A stretch of 34,060 bases of DNA from Nemertoderma westbladi (lineage: Eukaryota > Animalia > Xenacoelomorpha). The notes beneath the pieces were generated by a model. That model did no database searches. It was not told the origin of the DNA and was given only the letters and a program-made list of their open reading frames with translations. How positions within the stretch are numbered: position 1 is the first letter of the stretch; each line of letters starts with the position of its first letter. The DNA lies in NCBI GenBank assembly GCA_032718475.1, contig JAUCBJ010005620.1, forward strand, positions 1 through 34,060, written 5' to 3'. Made by a program: the position numbers and the translations under genes. Shown piece after piece: positions 1-10,342 of this stretch.

Positions 1-160
1 ATTATCCAAATAGCGATATTTCCATCAACAAATATTTACAATTAATAACTGACGGTAAAATAACAGTACAAACAATATGATTAATGAGTTAGGTAACAGT
101 TTATACTTTCGATAATTCAAGCAGTTTACGGTACAGCAGTATCTATCCAAAAAATGCCGG
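1..160. repeat. Diverged direct repeat, copy 1 (copy 2 at ~1774-1930)
   Basis: ATTATCCAAAT..CGATATT(T)CCATCAACA..TACAATTAATAAC.GAC.GTAAA.....AACAGTT.ATAC.TTC...TAAT shared with 1774 onward. Confidence 0.75.
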
Positions 161-1773
161 TGTTTCTGGCTTAGACAGCAATAACAACAAAGTATCAAGA
201 AAAAACAGTAAGACTGAACACTCTCCTTATGATCGGCAGAAAAGCTACACGTCGACAGGAAAAACCGCCCTGATTGGTCCAAGCCAAACAAAGAACCACG
301 CGGCCAATGGCTGTTTCCATGTCAGCAACCAGCTGCTAGATGTCGTAATATGAATCATCACGGCTAAGCTGTGAAAGGTGGTTGGTGCATTACAAGTTTT
401 TTGTCTTACCATGTCCGCTAAAACACGTATATAGCAGAATTACTTTTATGTCCGTTAAAACACCTGTAAAGGTACCTTGCGGGCGAGGGGAATATATATA
501 CAGTTAGAAAACCCTTTTAGAGTATTCCAGCGCCTGGGGGGGAACTGGCCAGCATAGGCAAACGTATCAGTTATCCCACAAAAGCTTTTACAACTATCAA
601 GCCTAAACAAACTACGGTATATGCAGACTCCGAAATGGTTAGTTAGTATGCGTTCTAACCGAGTAGGACGACTTATTCTTTCGAAGAGGTTTACCTCACA
701 GCACTGGAAGCCCCTACGTTCCCAACTGGCACTTTATCGGACATACACTCCACACACACCGCAATCTCTTCAGACCCAACAACAGCCAGACAACAGTCCA
801 GCCTACAAATTATCTGTACAATCTGAGCAGGCTTACACGTCTTCTGCTCAATATTAACCTACAAATAAATAAAACCTGACAGAAATAAGTAAACCATGCA
901 AAGGAATAAGGGGTGATCAATCCCTAATCCCCCAACAGCCTACAATATACAATATATCACAATCGAAATAATACTGATGTACCTATACTGCTGTAAGTAC
1001 CGGTTCCGGTGGTTAGGTAGTTAGGCCTACAGGTTACCGGTCGACCGGTACTTCAGCTTTATTGCTTACTGCAATAAAGAAGCAATAACTGTTACTGTTC
1101 TTACCAGAACAATAGTAAACTGTATTTATTGCCTACACTGCAATCAGAGTTCATAACTGTTATTGTTCGCGCTTTTAGACCTTAGGCAGTTTAACCCGCC
1201 TAATTTAGGTGTCTTTTAGTTTGTAAATCGACTTTAGCCTACGACGAGTATTTGATACACTACATTAGCCGAAGCCAGCCTATGCGCGATCATTCACCCG
1301 CTGGATATACCCGGGAGACTGGATTCGGGGGCTCTGACCTTATTGCGGTGTAGGCCTACTGTATTATTCGATTGATCGTTAATATATAATCTCTGACAAT
1401 ATTATTCACTTTCGGGAAATATTAACAGTTCCTTTAGGACGTGGCGCTCTAAATATATAAACAGAGCTATGACTTACACTAAACACAACGGGATGGCTTA
1501 TGATTCACGTATAAGGCGCATTCTTTAGGAGATGCTTTGTTATCTGTCCCAATCATGCACACTACCGGTACCGCACAATACTGCACACTGATCTGCCGAC
1601 CTTTACTAATTTTAGTCACATATAAAGAGAATAGCAATTGACCCATGTAGTGCCTATGAAATAGCATTAGATTCACTCCAAAACCAATATCATATAAGTC
1701 GCAATTGCTATATGTAACCGGTCTCTTACCTTCAGTATATCAAGAAGATGGGGTTTTATAATTATTTATCGAT

Positions 1774-1930
1774 ATTATCCAAATATAACGATATTCCATC
1801 AACAGATACAATTAATAACCGACAGTAAATAGCAGTAAAATAATGCGGTGTGTATATAATGCAGTTGACAGGCAGGATAACAGTTATACGTTCCGGTAAT
1901 CAAAGCCGTTCTAATGTTTTGGCTAAAGTC
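1774..1930. repeat. Diverged direct repeat, copy 2
   Basis: Aligns by eye to 1-160 with indels; both copies are followed by CTGATTGGTC (CCAAT-type) motifs. Confidence 0.75.
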
Positions 1931-2318
1931 TGAAACAGAATAATTCCATAGCTGATGTTCATGGCATCAGGAAAACCAACACACTGAAACCTGTGGGCCG
2001 TTGTAGGCAGCTTTCAACACAAAGAGAAATAGCTCTCATTGGCAGAACTCCAGATTCTATGGGTTCCACGAACGTCTAAATGCCAAACCTCCCTAGCCTT
2101 TGCAGCCCATAGCCAACACAAGGCTAAATCGCTCTGATTGGTCGATCATTGTTCTGATTGGTTAATCGAACAGAACAAAGAGGCCATACGTACAGCAAAT
2201 CGGCCAATCAGCCAGCAGAATGCATCACTCGAGCAAGGCAGTTTTAGAGTATTTGAGCGCATTGAGGGAAACTGGATTGCGGAGAAAAAGGGCCAGTTAC
2301 ATCCCGCAAAAGCTTTTA

Positions 2319-2517
2319 CAGCCAGTAAGGAAGCTGCAGGGGTTAGTTTTTAAACGGGATCCCGATCAGTCAGTCAGTAAGGAAGCTGCAGGGGTTAGTG
2401 TTTAAACGGGATCCCGATCAGTCAGCCAGTAAGGAAGCTGCAGGGGTTAGTGTTTAAACGGGATCCCGATCAGTCAGCCAATAAGGAGCTGCAGGGGTTA
2501 GTGTTTAAACGGGATCA
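2319..2517 (+). repeat. ~4 tandem copies of a 52-bp unit spanning the MITE left end and its flank
   Basis: CAGTAAGGAAGCTGCAGGGGTTAGTGTTTAAACGGGATCCCGATCAGT; TIR starts at 2344, 2396, 2448, 2499. Confidence 0.9.
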
Positions 2518-3330
2518 CGGTGAAAAATGCAATCCCGGTCCCGATCTATTTTGGAACGGGATCCCGATGTACAAATAAATAGCTAAATAAATTTCTTGAA
2601 TATCCGATGGTTATTTGAGCCAGAACAGAACAGAATTGACTATATTGAATTGTCGGATTGATGGCTGTCCCTAATCCATCCAGTAATTAACTGTAAATAA
2701 ATTATAATATAACTTTATCTCACTAATATTTCAGCAGTTTGAAATAAAGTGGTAGAATTTTGCCAAAACCTCATTACATACTAACACAGCAATACTGAAA
2801 ACTTTCAGATATTTTTATTCAAAATTGTAATCCCAGGCCAGATCCCGGAAATCCCGAAAAGTCTGATCCGGGATCCCGTTTAACCCTTTGCTGCATAGTG
2901 TTGCACTGGTGCAACACTAACATTTCCTGTTCTTATTTCTCCTAAGTAGGAAAACAGCCAATGAGGATCAAGCAGTGAGAAAGAGGGTATATTAAGCTTT
3001 CATTTGATTGGTCACTTGACATATTTAGTCCAGCTGGTAACTAAGTGATGTAATTCAAATATTGTATATCCTTAATTGTAAATTTCCTGAATTTCAACAA
3101 ATTTATCTTCCTGTAGAAAGTTACATAGACAGTCTGGGGGTCTGAAAAAATTCATAATAATAATAAAATATGTATTTTTTCATAAAATAACCTTATCTTT
3201 CCATATAATATCTGTTAGAGGCGTACAGACCTGAAAAACTGACCGTTGCACAAATGCAACATCATGCAGGAAGGTACAAATTTTGTTCGGCGAATTGTTC
3301 AGAAATTTCGGTCGATTTTATACATTTAGG

Positions 3331-3602
3331 GTGCCCATGTGAAGAATACCAGGATTTCACTTTTCGGTCGACTTTTTATTGGAATTTTATATATGAAGAT
3401 TTTTTATTTTTTTTAATTTAACTTTATTAAGTGTTTTATAGCGCTTATTTCTGTCTTATAACATGTACTAATTCGTTTATTGTTTTGGTTAGATTAAGCC
3501 CTTCTGTAACCTGGGTTTTTGGTGAAACCTGGTATTCTTCACATGGGGGTAAATGCAATGTGAAATATAACGGCAGAAAGTCTGGTATTCTTCACATGGG
3601 CC
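3331..3602. mobile_element. MITE with 8-bp TSD (Merlin-like by GG terminus and TSD length; family uncertain)
   Basis: TIR G(T)GCCCATGTGAAGAATACCAG / CTGGTATTCTTCACATGGGCC; CATTTAGG at 3323-3330 and 3603-3610; extra internal TIR copy ~3528-3548. Confidence 0.8.
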
Positions 3603-4395
3603 CATTTAGGTCAATTATACAGTACAGGCCACCAGAAAAAGCAGATTTCATAATATGTGATCACAAGTGAACACATCTGATCAAGTCAACTGATTGGCAC
3701 TAATTCAATATCGAGTTATCTTCTAGAGCCCACAGCAGAAGGTTGACATGCTGGGACCGACAAAAGCGTTGTGTGCGGTGCGCCTGTATGTCTGATATCA
3801 GGTAGATGAGAGAGCCCCCAGGGAGTAACATTGCGGACATGGGCTGTATTGGTAGAGAGAGAACTACATACAAGACCACATGGAGGTTCATGGACTGTAT
3901 GGGAGTGGATGGGTATATGGATTGAGGAGCCTAGACCATTGAATAATTAATTTAGTGCAGGGGATGTCGCGCCATTAGTCTGACACCGAGAGGGTACAGA
4001 GAAAGACCAGAAGATGCCTTATCACTAACTATAGGCCTATTAGACACTATTAAACATACACTATAAAGGTAAACATAATGCAGCTGCAATGCTGCAGTGA
4101 GTGACAGTTCGCGGCAAACTACAGAGAGTTTCCAGATTACTAAGCGTTTCAAAAGTATTCAAATGTATTCTTTGACGAAAAAATTTTGGTTGTTGGCAAT
4201 TCCAATATGTTCAATTGTCCCGTTCAACAACATTACATTAACTGGTACACATTTGATCAAATGTGTTCACATTCGAACAAATCTGCGTTTTCTGGTGGCC
4301 TGTACGCTGTAATGTAGAGTTAAATTTGGGTATCTACTGTATGTCTATTACATCTAAGATATGGCTTCCTCGGAATTGACTTTCAATTTCAATAA

Positions 4396-4418
4396 GGGGG
4401 GGGGGGGGGGGGGGGGGG
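4396..4418 (+). repeat. Poly(G) tract (23 G)
   Basis: Direct read. Confidence 0.9.
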
Positions 4419-4439
4419 TAGCGCTAAATCAATATTTTT

Positions 4440-5050
4440 TTGCAATTTTTTTTATTTCATCTAAAGCATAATTTTATTAAAATTCCAAATTTGAAAACCG
4501 TTTAGCAAGATCTGTCTTACTTCTCGAGATATGGCTGCCTGTCCGTTTTACTGTTGGTTTTGTCCGTCAGTATGTCTGTTCGTCAATAAAAAACACACTA
4601 TCTTTCTAAAAAATTCCCTGTAAGGGTTTTCGTGGTCGGTGACTTCATTTCTGATGTCATAAATCAAATTTGGCCCTGTCGGTTCTGTCTGTAAGCCTGT
4701 CAGTCTGTCTGTCAAAATATTACCGACAGTCTGACAGTCAAACAGACAATTTGGAAGTCATCAAATGTTAAAATTGACACTCGAAATGAATTCTGCGACC
4801 AGGGAACTTCTATAGCTAAACTTTTAGCTAAATGGTGTGCCTTTTTATTATATTTGACAGGCAGATAGTCGAATAGACTGAAAGACCGACAGACAGACAT
4901 ATTTACACACTAGATTTCATTAAAAGTGAAAACTGACCTCAGTAATGAAATCAGCAACCAGGAAAACCCCCACAGCAAAAATCTTATCATGGTTTTGTGC
5001 TTTCTTGTTACTAGATATAGACAGACATTCATTCGCTTATTATTATGATA
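4440..5050. mobile_element. Possible Helitron/Helentron-like non-autonomous repeat inside the piggyBac-like element
   Basis: Degenerate (TGTC)n/(GACA)n blocks; inverted pair GGGTTTTCGTGGTCGGTGACTTCATT (~4624) / AATGAAATCAGCAACCAGGAAAACCC (~4944); family call by resemblance only. Confidence 0.3.
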
Positions 5051-5969
5051 ATTAAAACTTACTTACTTACTGAAAAGTAAAGACGTGACACTGAAAATAG
5101 TGAAAGATAAGAAGTGGTACTTGAAAAGTAAAAACTATTTCTTAGATTTCCACAAAAAAATAGAAAACTCGTGCAATGCAATATTTATCCAATAATAGGC
5201 AGGCCTATGCAAATATTAGAATAAAATAATGCATTCTAAATTCATAAAATTAACATTTATTTTTCTAATATAGAACCCTTATGAATCGTATAACGCGGGA
5301 AACAATGTGTCGCACAACAATTACTATTGGATATATTTTCAAAATTTGGTGCCGGGCACCAAATTTTCCACCCACCACCGAAAAATACAAGTTTGAGATT
5401 TCTAGTGTCATTTTTATTAATTTCATTACTTTCAGAATCGCCATAAACCAGTATAACGCAATATGTTAAACAATATGAAACAATATGTTACAATCAATTC
5501 ATATATTGCATCTATTGGTGCTGGCACCAAATTTTCGACCTACCGCTGACATATAGAAGTTTGAGATGTCTCATGCCATTTATATATATTCCATGGAATT
5601 CATAACCCTCATAAAACCATACAACACAAGAATCAAGAAAACAATCATCTTAACAATTCGCCAAATATTATGTATATTTCTATCCCCTTTATGCATGATG
5701 TTGCACTAGTGCAACAGTGGTGCAAAAAGTGCCAGTATATTTTTAAAAAAATTTTCCAATTTTTAGTTTTTTTACACCCAAAAATGACTGTGAAAAACAC
5801 CAAAATAATTTTTTTCTATGGAGCATCAAAAATTCATGCAGTAAAGGGTTAAACACGACCGCGGGTGACGTATAACATCGGTATATTATATACCGGGATA
5901 TAAAGTATTTATGTGAACTTTATTTACGTTTATTATAACTAAGTCCTACACTAATAATTATAGAGAGTT

Positions 5970-5975
5970 TTTATT
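5970..5975 (-). terminator. Candidate EMC4 poly(A) signal
   Basis: AATAAA on the minus strand about 157 nt after the EMC4 stop. Confidence 0.55.
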
Positions 5976-6131
5976 CAAAACGGAAAATATAACGACAACG
6001 TTTTGTGAAAGTCTCTAGTGAAATATTATAATATTAGATGAGTTTGAAACTGAAAGTAATTGAACCATAGGGTCGGGTAGAGCTATTGTTTCACATTGGG
6101 ATGAGTTGAGCAACATAAAAAAAGTAATAAA

Positions 6132-6692
6132 CTAAAAGGAGAAGCCACCACCGGAGAACTCAACCTGTGTCTGTGGGTCTACAAAGGCCAACCAATCGGA
6201 GGCGTGGGTAGGCAGGAGACCCATAGACTGGCACTTATACAGCGCCAAACCGAGACCCAAAGCGTTGCCTAGGAGATACACGAACTTCTGTACCAAGGCG
6301 TGGGAGGATCCCTCGAGCATCTTACAGGTCCCGCGGAACCCGAGGATCGCCTGCACCGGCTTGAAGAACATCATCCCGACCATCATTATAGGGAAGATCC
6401 CGATGATGTTACCGGACATGTACATAAGGAACATATTCATAGGGAGCTGCTTCAACGGGCCCACAGCGATGTCCCACGAGCGTTTATCGACCAACGAGTT
6501 GTCCGACTGGTGGCTGAGGCCTTCCGGGAGTTGGCGGTCCGTGTAGCCCGGGGGGTTGTTCGTGACGTCACATCCGGTCTGGGACGCCGCCAGCAGCGCC
6601 TTGTACTGGTCGTTGTTTGAGCCGCGGGTGGTCAGATCGATGGACCATTTGTGGCGCTTTAGTGTTTGTCGCGCGGTCGTTGTTTGAGACAT
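6132..6692 (-). CDS. EMC4: ER membrane protein complex subunit 4 (intronless, 186 aa from ATG 6692)
   Basis: KWSIDL...NPPGY...LVDKRSWDIAVGPLKQLPMNMFLMYMSGN..IFPIMMVGM...ALYKCQSMGLLPTHASDWLAFVDP..VEFSGGG are EMC4/TMEM85 motifs; the ORF-track extension to 6830 starts at a non-ATG codon and is not homologous. Confidence 0.96.
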   Translation of the reverse strand: MSQTTTARQTLKRHKWSIDLTTRGSNNDQYKALLAASQTGCDVTNNPPGYTDRQLPEGLSHQSDNSLVDKRSWDIAVGPLKQLPMNMFLMYMSGNIIGIFPIMMVGMMFFKPVQAILGFRGTCKMLEGSSHALVQKFVYLLGNALGLGLALYKCQSMGLLPTHASDWLAFVDPQTQVEFSGGGFSF

Positions 6693-6891
6693 TCCGACAG
6701 TCGGTGAATAAAATTCGACAGCGGATATGAAAGTGACGAAGTTGGGTAGGTAGGTACCGATACCGGTAGGCCTACGTATCAGAGTATACCGGTATAGCAG
6801 TACAGACCAGCAGACAGATAGAGAAAGCAATTATTAAACACCAAACCAAGTCAATTTAACGCGAACAATTTTTATACTACCGGTAGAAGAA

Positions 6892-6925
6892 CTGTAGAAG
6901 TTGAGGAGATAAATAAGTAAAAGAC
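6892..6925 (-). promoter_or_regulatory. U-rich tract plus 3' splice acceptor (candidate trans-splice site) upstream of EMC4
   Basis: Minus strand ...tcttttacttatttatctcctcaacttctacAG directly after the ANAPC13 AATAAA; a second AG-exclusion zone ends at AG 6772-6771. Confidence 0.45.
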
Positions 6926-6927
6926 CG

Positions 6928-6933
6928 TTTATT
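6928..6933 (-). terminator. Candidate ANAPC13 poly(A) signal
   Basis: AATAAA about 38 nt after the ANAPC13 stop, followed by a U-rich tract. Confidence 0.6.
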
Positions 6934-6970
6934 TAAACTGATACACTGGTGACTCGTCGTGACTCGCTGT

Positions 6971-7189
6971 TTATCTCAACTCCATATGCCGGAAGGCCAT
7001 GTCGAGCCACTTGGCCTCCAGTTGTTTCAATGTTTCGGTACTGGGTCCGTTATCGTGGTCCGTTTCGGGTAGTTCGTTAGCAGGAATCCCAATGTCGTCT
7101 CCGTCGTTAGGGAGTTGTTCGGAACGCCAGGCTGCGTCGATTAAATCGATTCGTCGACCGTCCAGTAAATGGTGCACCGAGCTATCCAT
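6971..7189 (-). CDS. ANAPC13: Anaphase-promoting complex subunit 13 (intronless, 72 aa from ATG 7189)
   Basis: MDSSV..DGRRIDLIDAAWRSEQLP..DIGIPANELPETDHDNG..TETLKQLEAKWLDMA matches Apc13 (MDSEV.DGR..DLIDDAWR...LP...IP..ELPE...DNG...E.KW.D.AL). Confidence 0.9.
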   Translation of the reverse strand: MDSSVHHLLDGRRIDLIDAAWRSEQLPNDGDDIGIPANELPETDHDNGPSTETLKQLEAKWLDMAFRHMELR

Positions 7190-7200
7190 GCACAGCAAAA

Positions 7201-7210
7201 CTGTAAATAT
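7201..7210 (-). promoter_or_regulatory. 3' splice acceptor 11 nt upstream of the ANAPC13 ATG (candidate trans-splice site)
   Basis: Minus strand gatatttacAG|TTTTGCTGTGCATG. Confidence 0.45.
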
Positions 7211-7349
7211 CCGTTCGCTATTTGGGCACGGTCTGCAGTATGGTTGGCGTCTTGTCGGTAGCAGTGAGTCTAGCCTCCTACCGGTCTGCTTGTCGCTTGT
7301 AGGTATAATAGTTACACAGTCTGACAGTTACAGTGATCTGATAGGCCTA

Positions 7350-7565
7350 TTACAGCACCAATATACTAATCGCCATTGCAATACAACACAGGGCAATGTA
7401 GGGACTCAATCGTTCGCCGATTCTAGCGCACTTCCAAAAAGTTCCAACGAAGCCGGTTTTATTTTTATCCAAGAGACTCGGCATAAACGCATGAATATAA
7501 GTGCAGGTGCAGATAATCAACAAAACCACGGTTAGCAATCCTTGGAAGTTGAAGATCGCAGACAT
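7350..7565 (-). CDS. TMEM167A: Protein kish / TMEM167 (intronless, 71 aa)
   Basis: [23 protein letters not shown]...[35 protein letters not shown] matches the kish-A family end to end. Confidence 0.95.
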   Translation of the reverse strand: MSAIFNFQGLLTVVLLIICTCTYIHAFMPSLLDKNKTGFVGTFWKCARIGERLSPYIALCCIAMAISILVL

Positions 7566-7989
7566 TTAATTCAATACAGCAATAGGCAGATAGGCTGATA
7601 GGCATAAACTAAACCAACTTTAGTACCGGTATTCTGGTCTTTATTTAAGTCGAGGCCCTTACAGCCTTATCCCTGTATCCAGTTATCAACCTTTTGAGAA
7701 TTTTACATGCAGACACGATGTACCCGTATTACTAAACCAGTGCAATTCTACAGCAATGTAGGCCTAAATAATGAATAAATTGGGAGCGGGGATCAAGTGG
7801 AATTTTTGAAGCTTTACATGAAAAAATATATAAATCATTATTATTAAATGATTTAAGATGATAATCTAATGAATACGTAAACGCGAACAAAGGAATTAAA
7901 TGGAAATTTTTTAACGGCATTGAAATGTTATAATATTTAAATTTAAGTACCCTTTTGTTTTAAATCACCAAGTCGAACGAACGACGAAC

Positions 7990-8470
7990 GAACTACTTGT
8001 CTTCAGCTTCAATGCACAAAGTATTGTGAACAAGTTGCCAGAATTTAAAGCACGTATTTTACTTGACAAACCACATGTTGTTGCTATTAGTGAATCTTGG
8101 GGTCGTCCAACAATTGATATTTCTACCCTACATGTAGAAGGCTACTGTACAATATATGCCCCAATGATCGTGGTAATGATATAACAGGGGGAGGGGTGTA
8201 CTATACATTCAGCATTCTCCTCTGTATGCTTGAAGAATATTACCGACCTTCCGCAACCTGTTTCTAGTTACGAAGAATCGACATGTGCCCTTCTCCGCTT
8301 TCACAATGATTCACAATGTTTCACAATGTCGCCATTCAATGGCGACACTATCTGTGTACAGGTCACCCAATAGTTCTGACAACAATAATGCAAAGCTAAT
8401 GGATTTCATTTTACATGTCAAGAATATTGCCAATGACTGTTTGATTCTCGGGGATTTTAACCTACCTAAG
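7990..8470 (+). pseudogene. Degenerate LINE apurinic endonuclease fragment (CR1-like)
   Basis: FNAQSIVNKL..PHVVAISESW (~8008-8100) and VYRSPNS...CLILGDFNLP (~8355-8466), broken by frameshifts. Confidence 0.8.
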
Positions 8471-8718
8471 AGCTCTAACCTTAGAGCTCTTAACCTAAGA
8501 GCTTTAGTCTTTACAAGACTGAAGTGTATTTGCACTTCGACCCTTCTCCAGTGTTCACCGCCTTATTGTGGCAAATGTAATACTTAGTCTGCGTGCTAGC
8601 AGAACAATGAAATCTGCCTTGCCGCGGCATGACTGGTCCTCTTTGTTTCAACAGCCCAGTTAGTTGTGAGATCCAGCTTTACACTACAGCTGAGCCTCAG
8701 GTATGAGGTTTTCGCTTC

Positions 8719-10342
8719 TAAAGGCCATGATACACCACAGGAGCGGCGTGCGGCAGCGGCGAGCGGCCACTTTTTAAAAATAGAACACATTATTATCTAT
8801 GGGTGATGATACACCACAAATGGCCCCTGCAGCTCGCCGCTGCAACCCACTGCCCTTTTAGAACTTGCTCTATTTTTTGAGCGGCGAGCGTCGGCGGTGA
8901 GCGGCTTCTGTGTTTTTCACAAATGAAAAATATTGGATCTGATCACATGAAAAAGGAAAGACTGGGGGAATTTCGTGATTTTTTTACTCTGTACTTGTAC
9001 AAACAACTGCAGAGACGTTATAATTTATATGCAATTAGGCACTACTGTAGCGTGTGTTTTTAGCAAAACTTTCTATTTGTACTACCTAATTGCAAATAAT
9101 GGTCGGGGTGGGGTGTCGGGCATGGCGATCATATGATCTTGGGGTAAATGAAAAATGTACTCCTTGGGATATATTTAGTTGCGAGTAATGCTGTGAGGAA
9201 CGGCGCAGTTGAGAGGGAGAAATGCACATGATCCGTCCGGTGTTGAAGTCGCTAAAAATGTAAAAACTTTTAAGTCAGGGGCTTCTGCAGGCAAGAAGGT
9301 CCGGAAAGTGACGAAACAGCGCCTTGTATATATAGCCAGACATTATGATTATCGGGATCGAAGCGTCTGAATGCTGATTGGCCATCATATCTAGTCCCTA
9401 TTTGTGTCGGAGCTACTGGTTGGCTAAACAGTTACGTTTCGATCCTATTGCACATATGGGCTGGTGAGGGCTGAGGTCAATGACATAGAACGTCTCGGCG
9501 AGTAATGCCAATAACAGACTGCGCGGCATTTTACGTCGTTGTGATTCGATGTCCAGCAATGGCTAAATGAATTGGACAACTCTTTAAAATGCAGTACAGT
9601 ACTGTGCCGTTCTGGCTCTTCTGCTCAAGTAGTGTATATAATGTTCTAGAAAAACAATTGTAGAATTAATACTTTCGTAATTATTTTGCAAAGATGCCAT
9701 GGAATAATATGTTGCCATACTATCCATCACCTCAGGCATATCAACAACAATATCAACAACAATCAGAATTTACTACATATAGAGTAGTGCACAGACATCG
9801 CCAAAGACATGCAGTACATGTCCTTATAGTTCTAAGAAATAGCTACATATTGAGTATTGATGTATGATTATTTAATTAAAATGTGTAATTTACTGTATCC
9901 TGCCATGAAACTCTTCTAGGTCCACTAAAATAGTGTCGAAGTTTGTCTCTGATGTTTTGTGCAGAGTCTGAGTTGCGATTTCCCCCTTTACAAACTAAAC
10001 TCTGTAAGTTACTCTCATGCTCTAAGCCACCTGGTTCTTCGAGGGTATGGCTACTATCCGACTCGACGTTAGAAGGTATGTACGCAATAACCTTCTCACG
10101 CAGCAATTTGTGTAATACACAACAACACCTTATTATTTTTTCTGTCTTTTCTCGGCTGAGGAGTATTTTACTCTGAAATACTTGAAATCGAGCTGCCATT
10201 ATGCCGAACGCGTTTTCAGATGTTCTCCGGGCTCTGCTCAGCCTATAGTTAAATATGCGATGCTCATCAGTTAACACTAATCTGGTACTATAGGGCTTCA
10301 TAATATTTTCTTTCAACGGAAAAGCATCATCTGCAACTATTA
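8719..10342 (-). mobile_element. PIF/Harbinger transposon remnant (one terminus plus transposase C-terminal part)
   Basis: TAA then AGGCCATGATACACCAC terminus-like motif, repeated at ~8806, with GCGGCGAGCG subterminal repeats; transposase fragment below; other end replaced by the 44-bp array. Confidence 0.65.
9876..10342 (-). pseudogene. Harbinger/HARBI1-like DDE transposase, C-terminal third only
   Basis: VIVADDAFPLKENIMKPYS...RIFNYRLSRARRTSENAFGIMAARFQVF...CCVLH is the DDE_Tnp_4 signature; N-terminus absent. Confidence 0.9.

Larger units (their letters stand above)
2884..5848. mobile_element. Non-autonomous piggyBac-like DNA transposon (~2.97 kb)
   Basis: TTAA|CCCTTTGCTGCAT ... ATGCAGTAAAGGG|TTAA (12/13 TIR, TTAA TSD); subterminal GTTGCAC..TGCAAC palindromes at ~2900, ~3245 and ~5700; no transposase ORF. 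Confidence 0.85.
2499..5858. mobile_element. Small TIR element (hAT-like MITE, ~390 bp) whose right TIR is split by the piggyBac-like insertion
   Basis: Left TAGTGTTTAAACGGGATC; right CGGGATCCCGTTTAA (2869-2883) + ACACGA (5853-5858) rejoin into the inverted copy; 8-bp flanks GCAGGGGT/CCGCGGGT match only 5/8. Confidence 0.7.

Noticed and set aside
6265-7535. Plus-strand ORFs of 93, 106 and 178 aa
   Set aside because: Antisense shadows of EMC4, ANAPC13 and kish
9876-10342. Domesticated HARBI1 host gene
   Set aside because: Only the C-terminal part is present, cut by a repeat array, with a transposon-like terminus nearby
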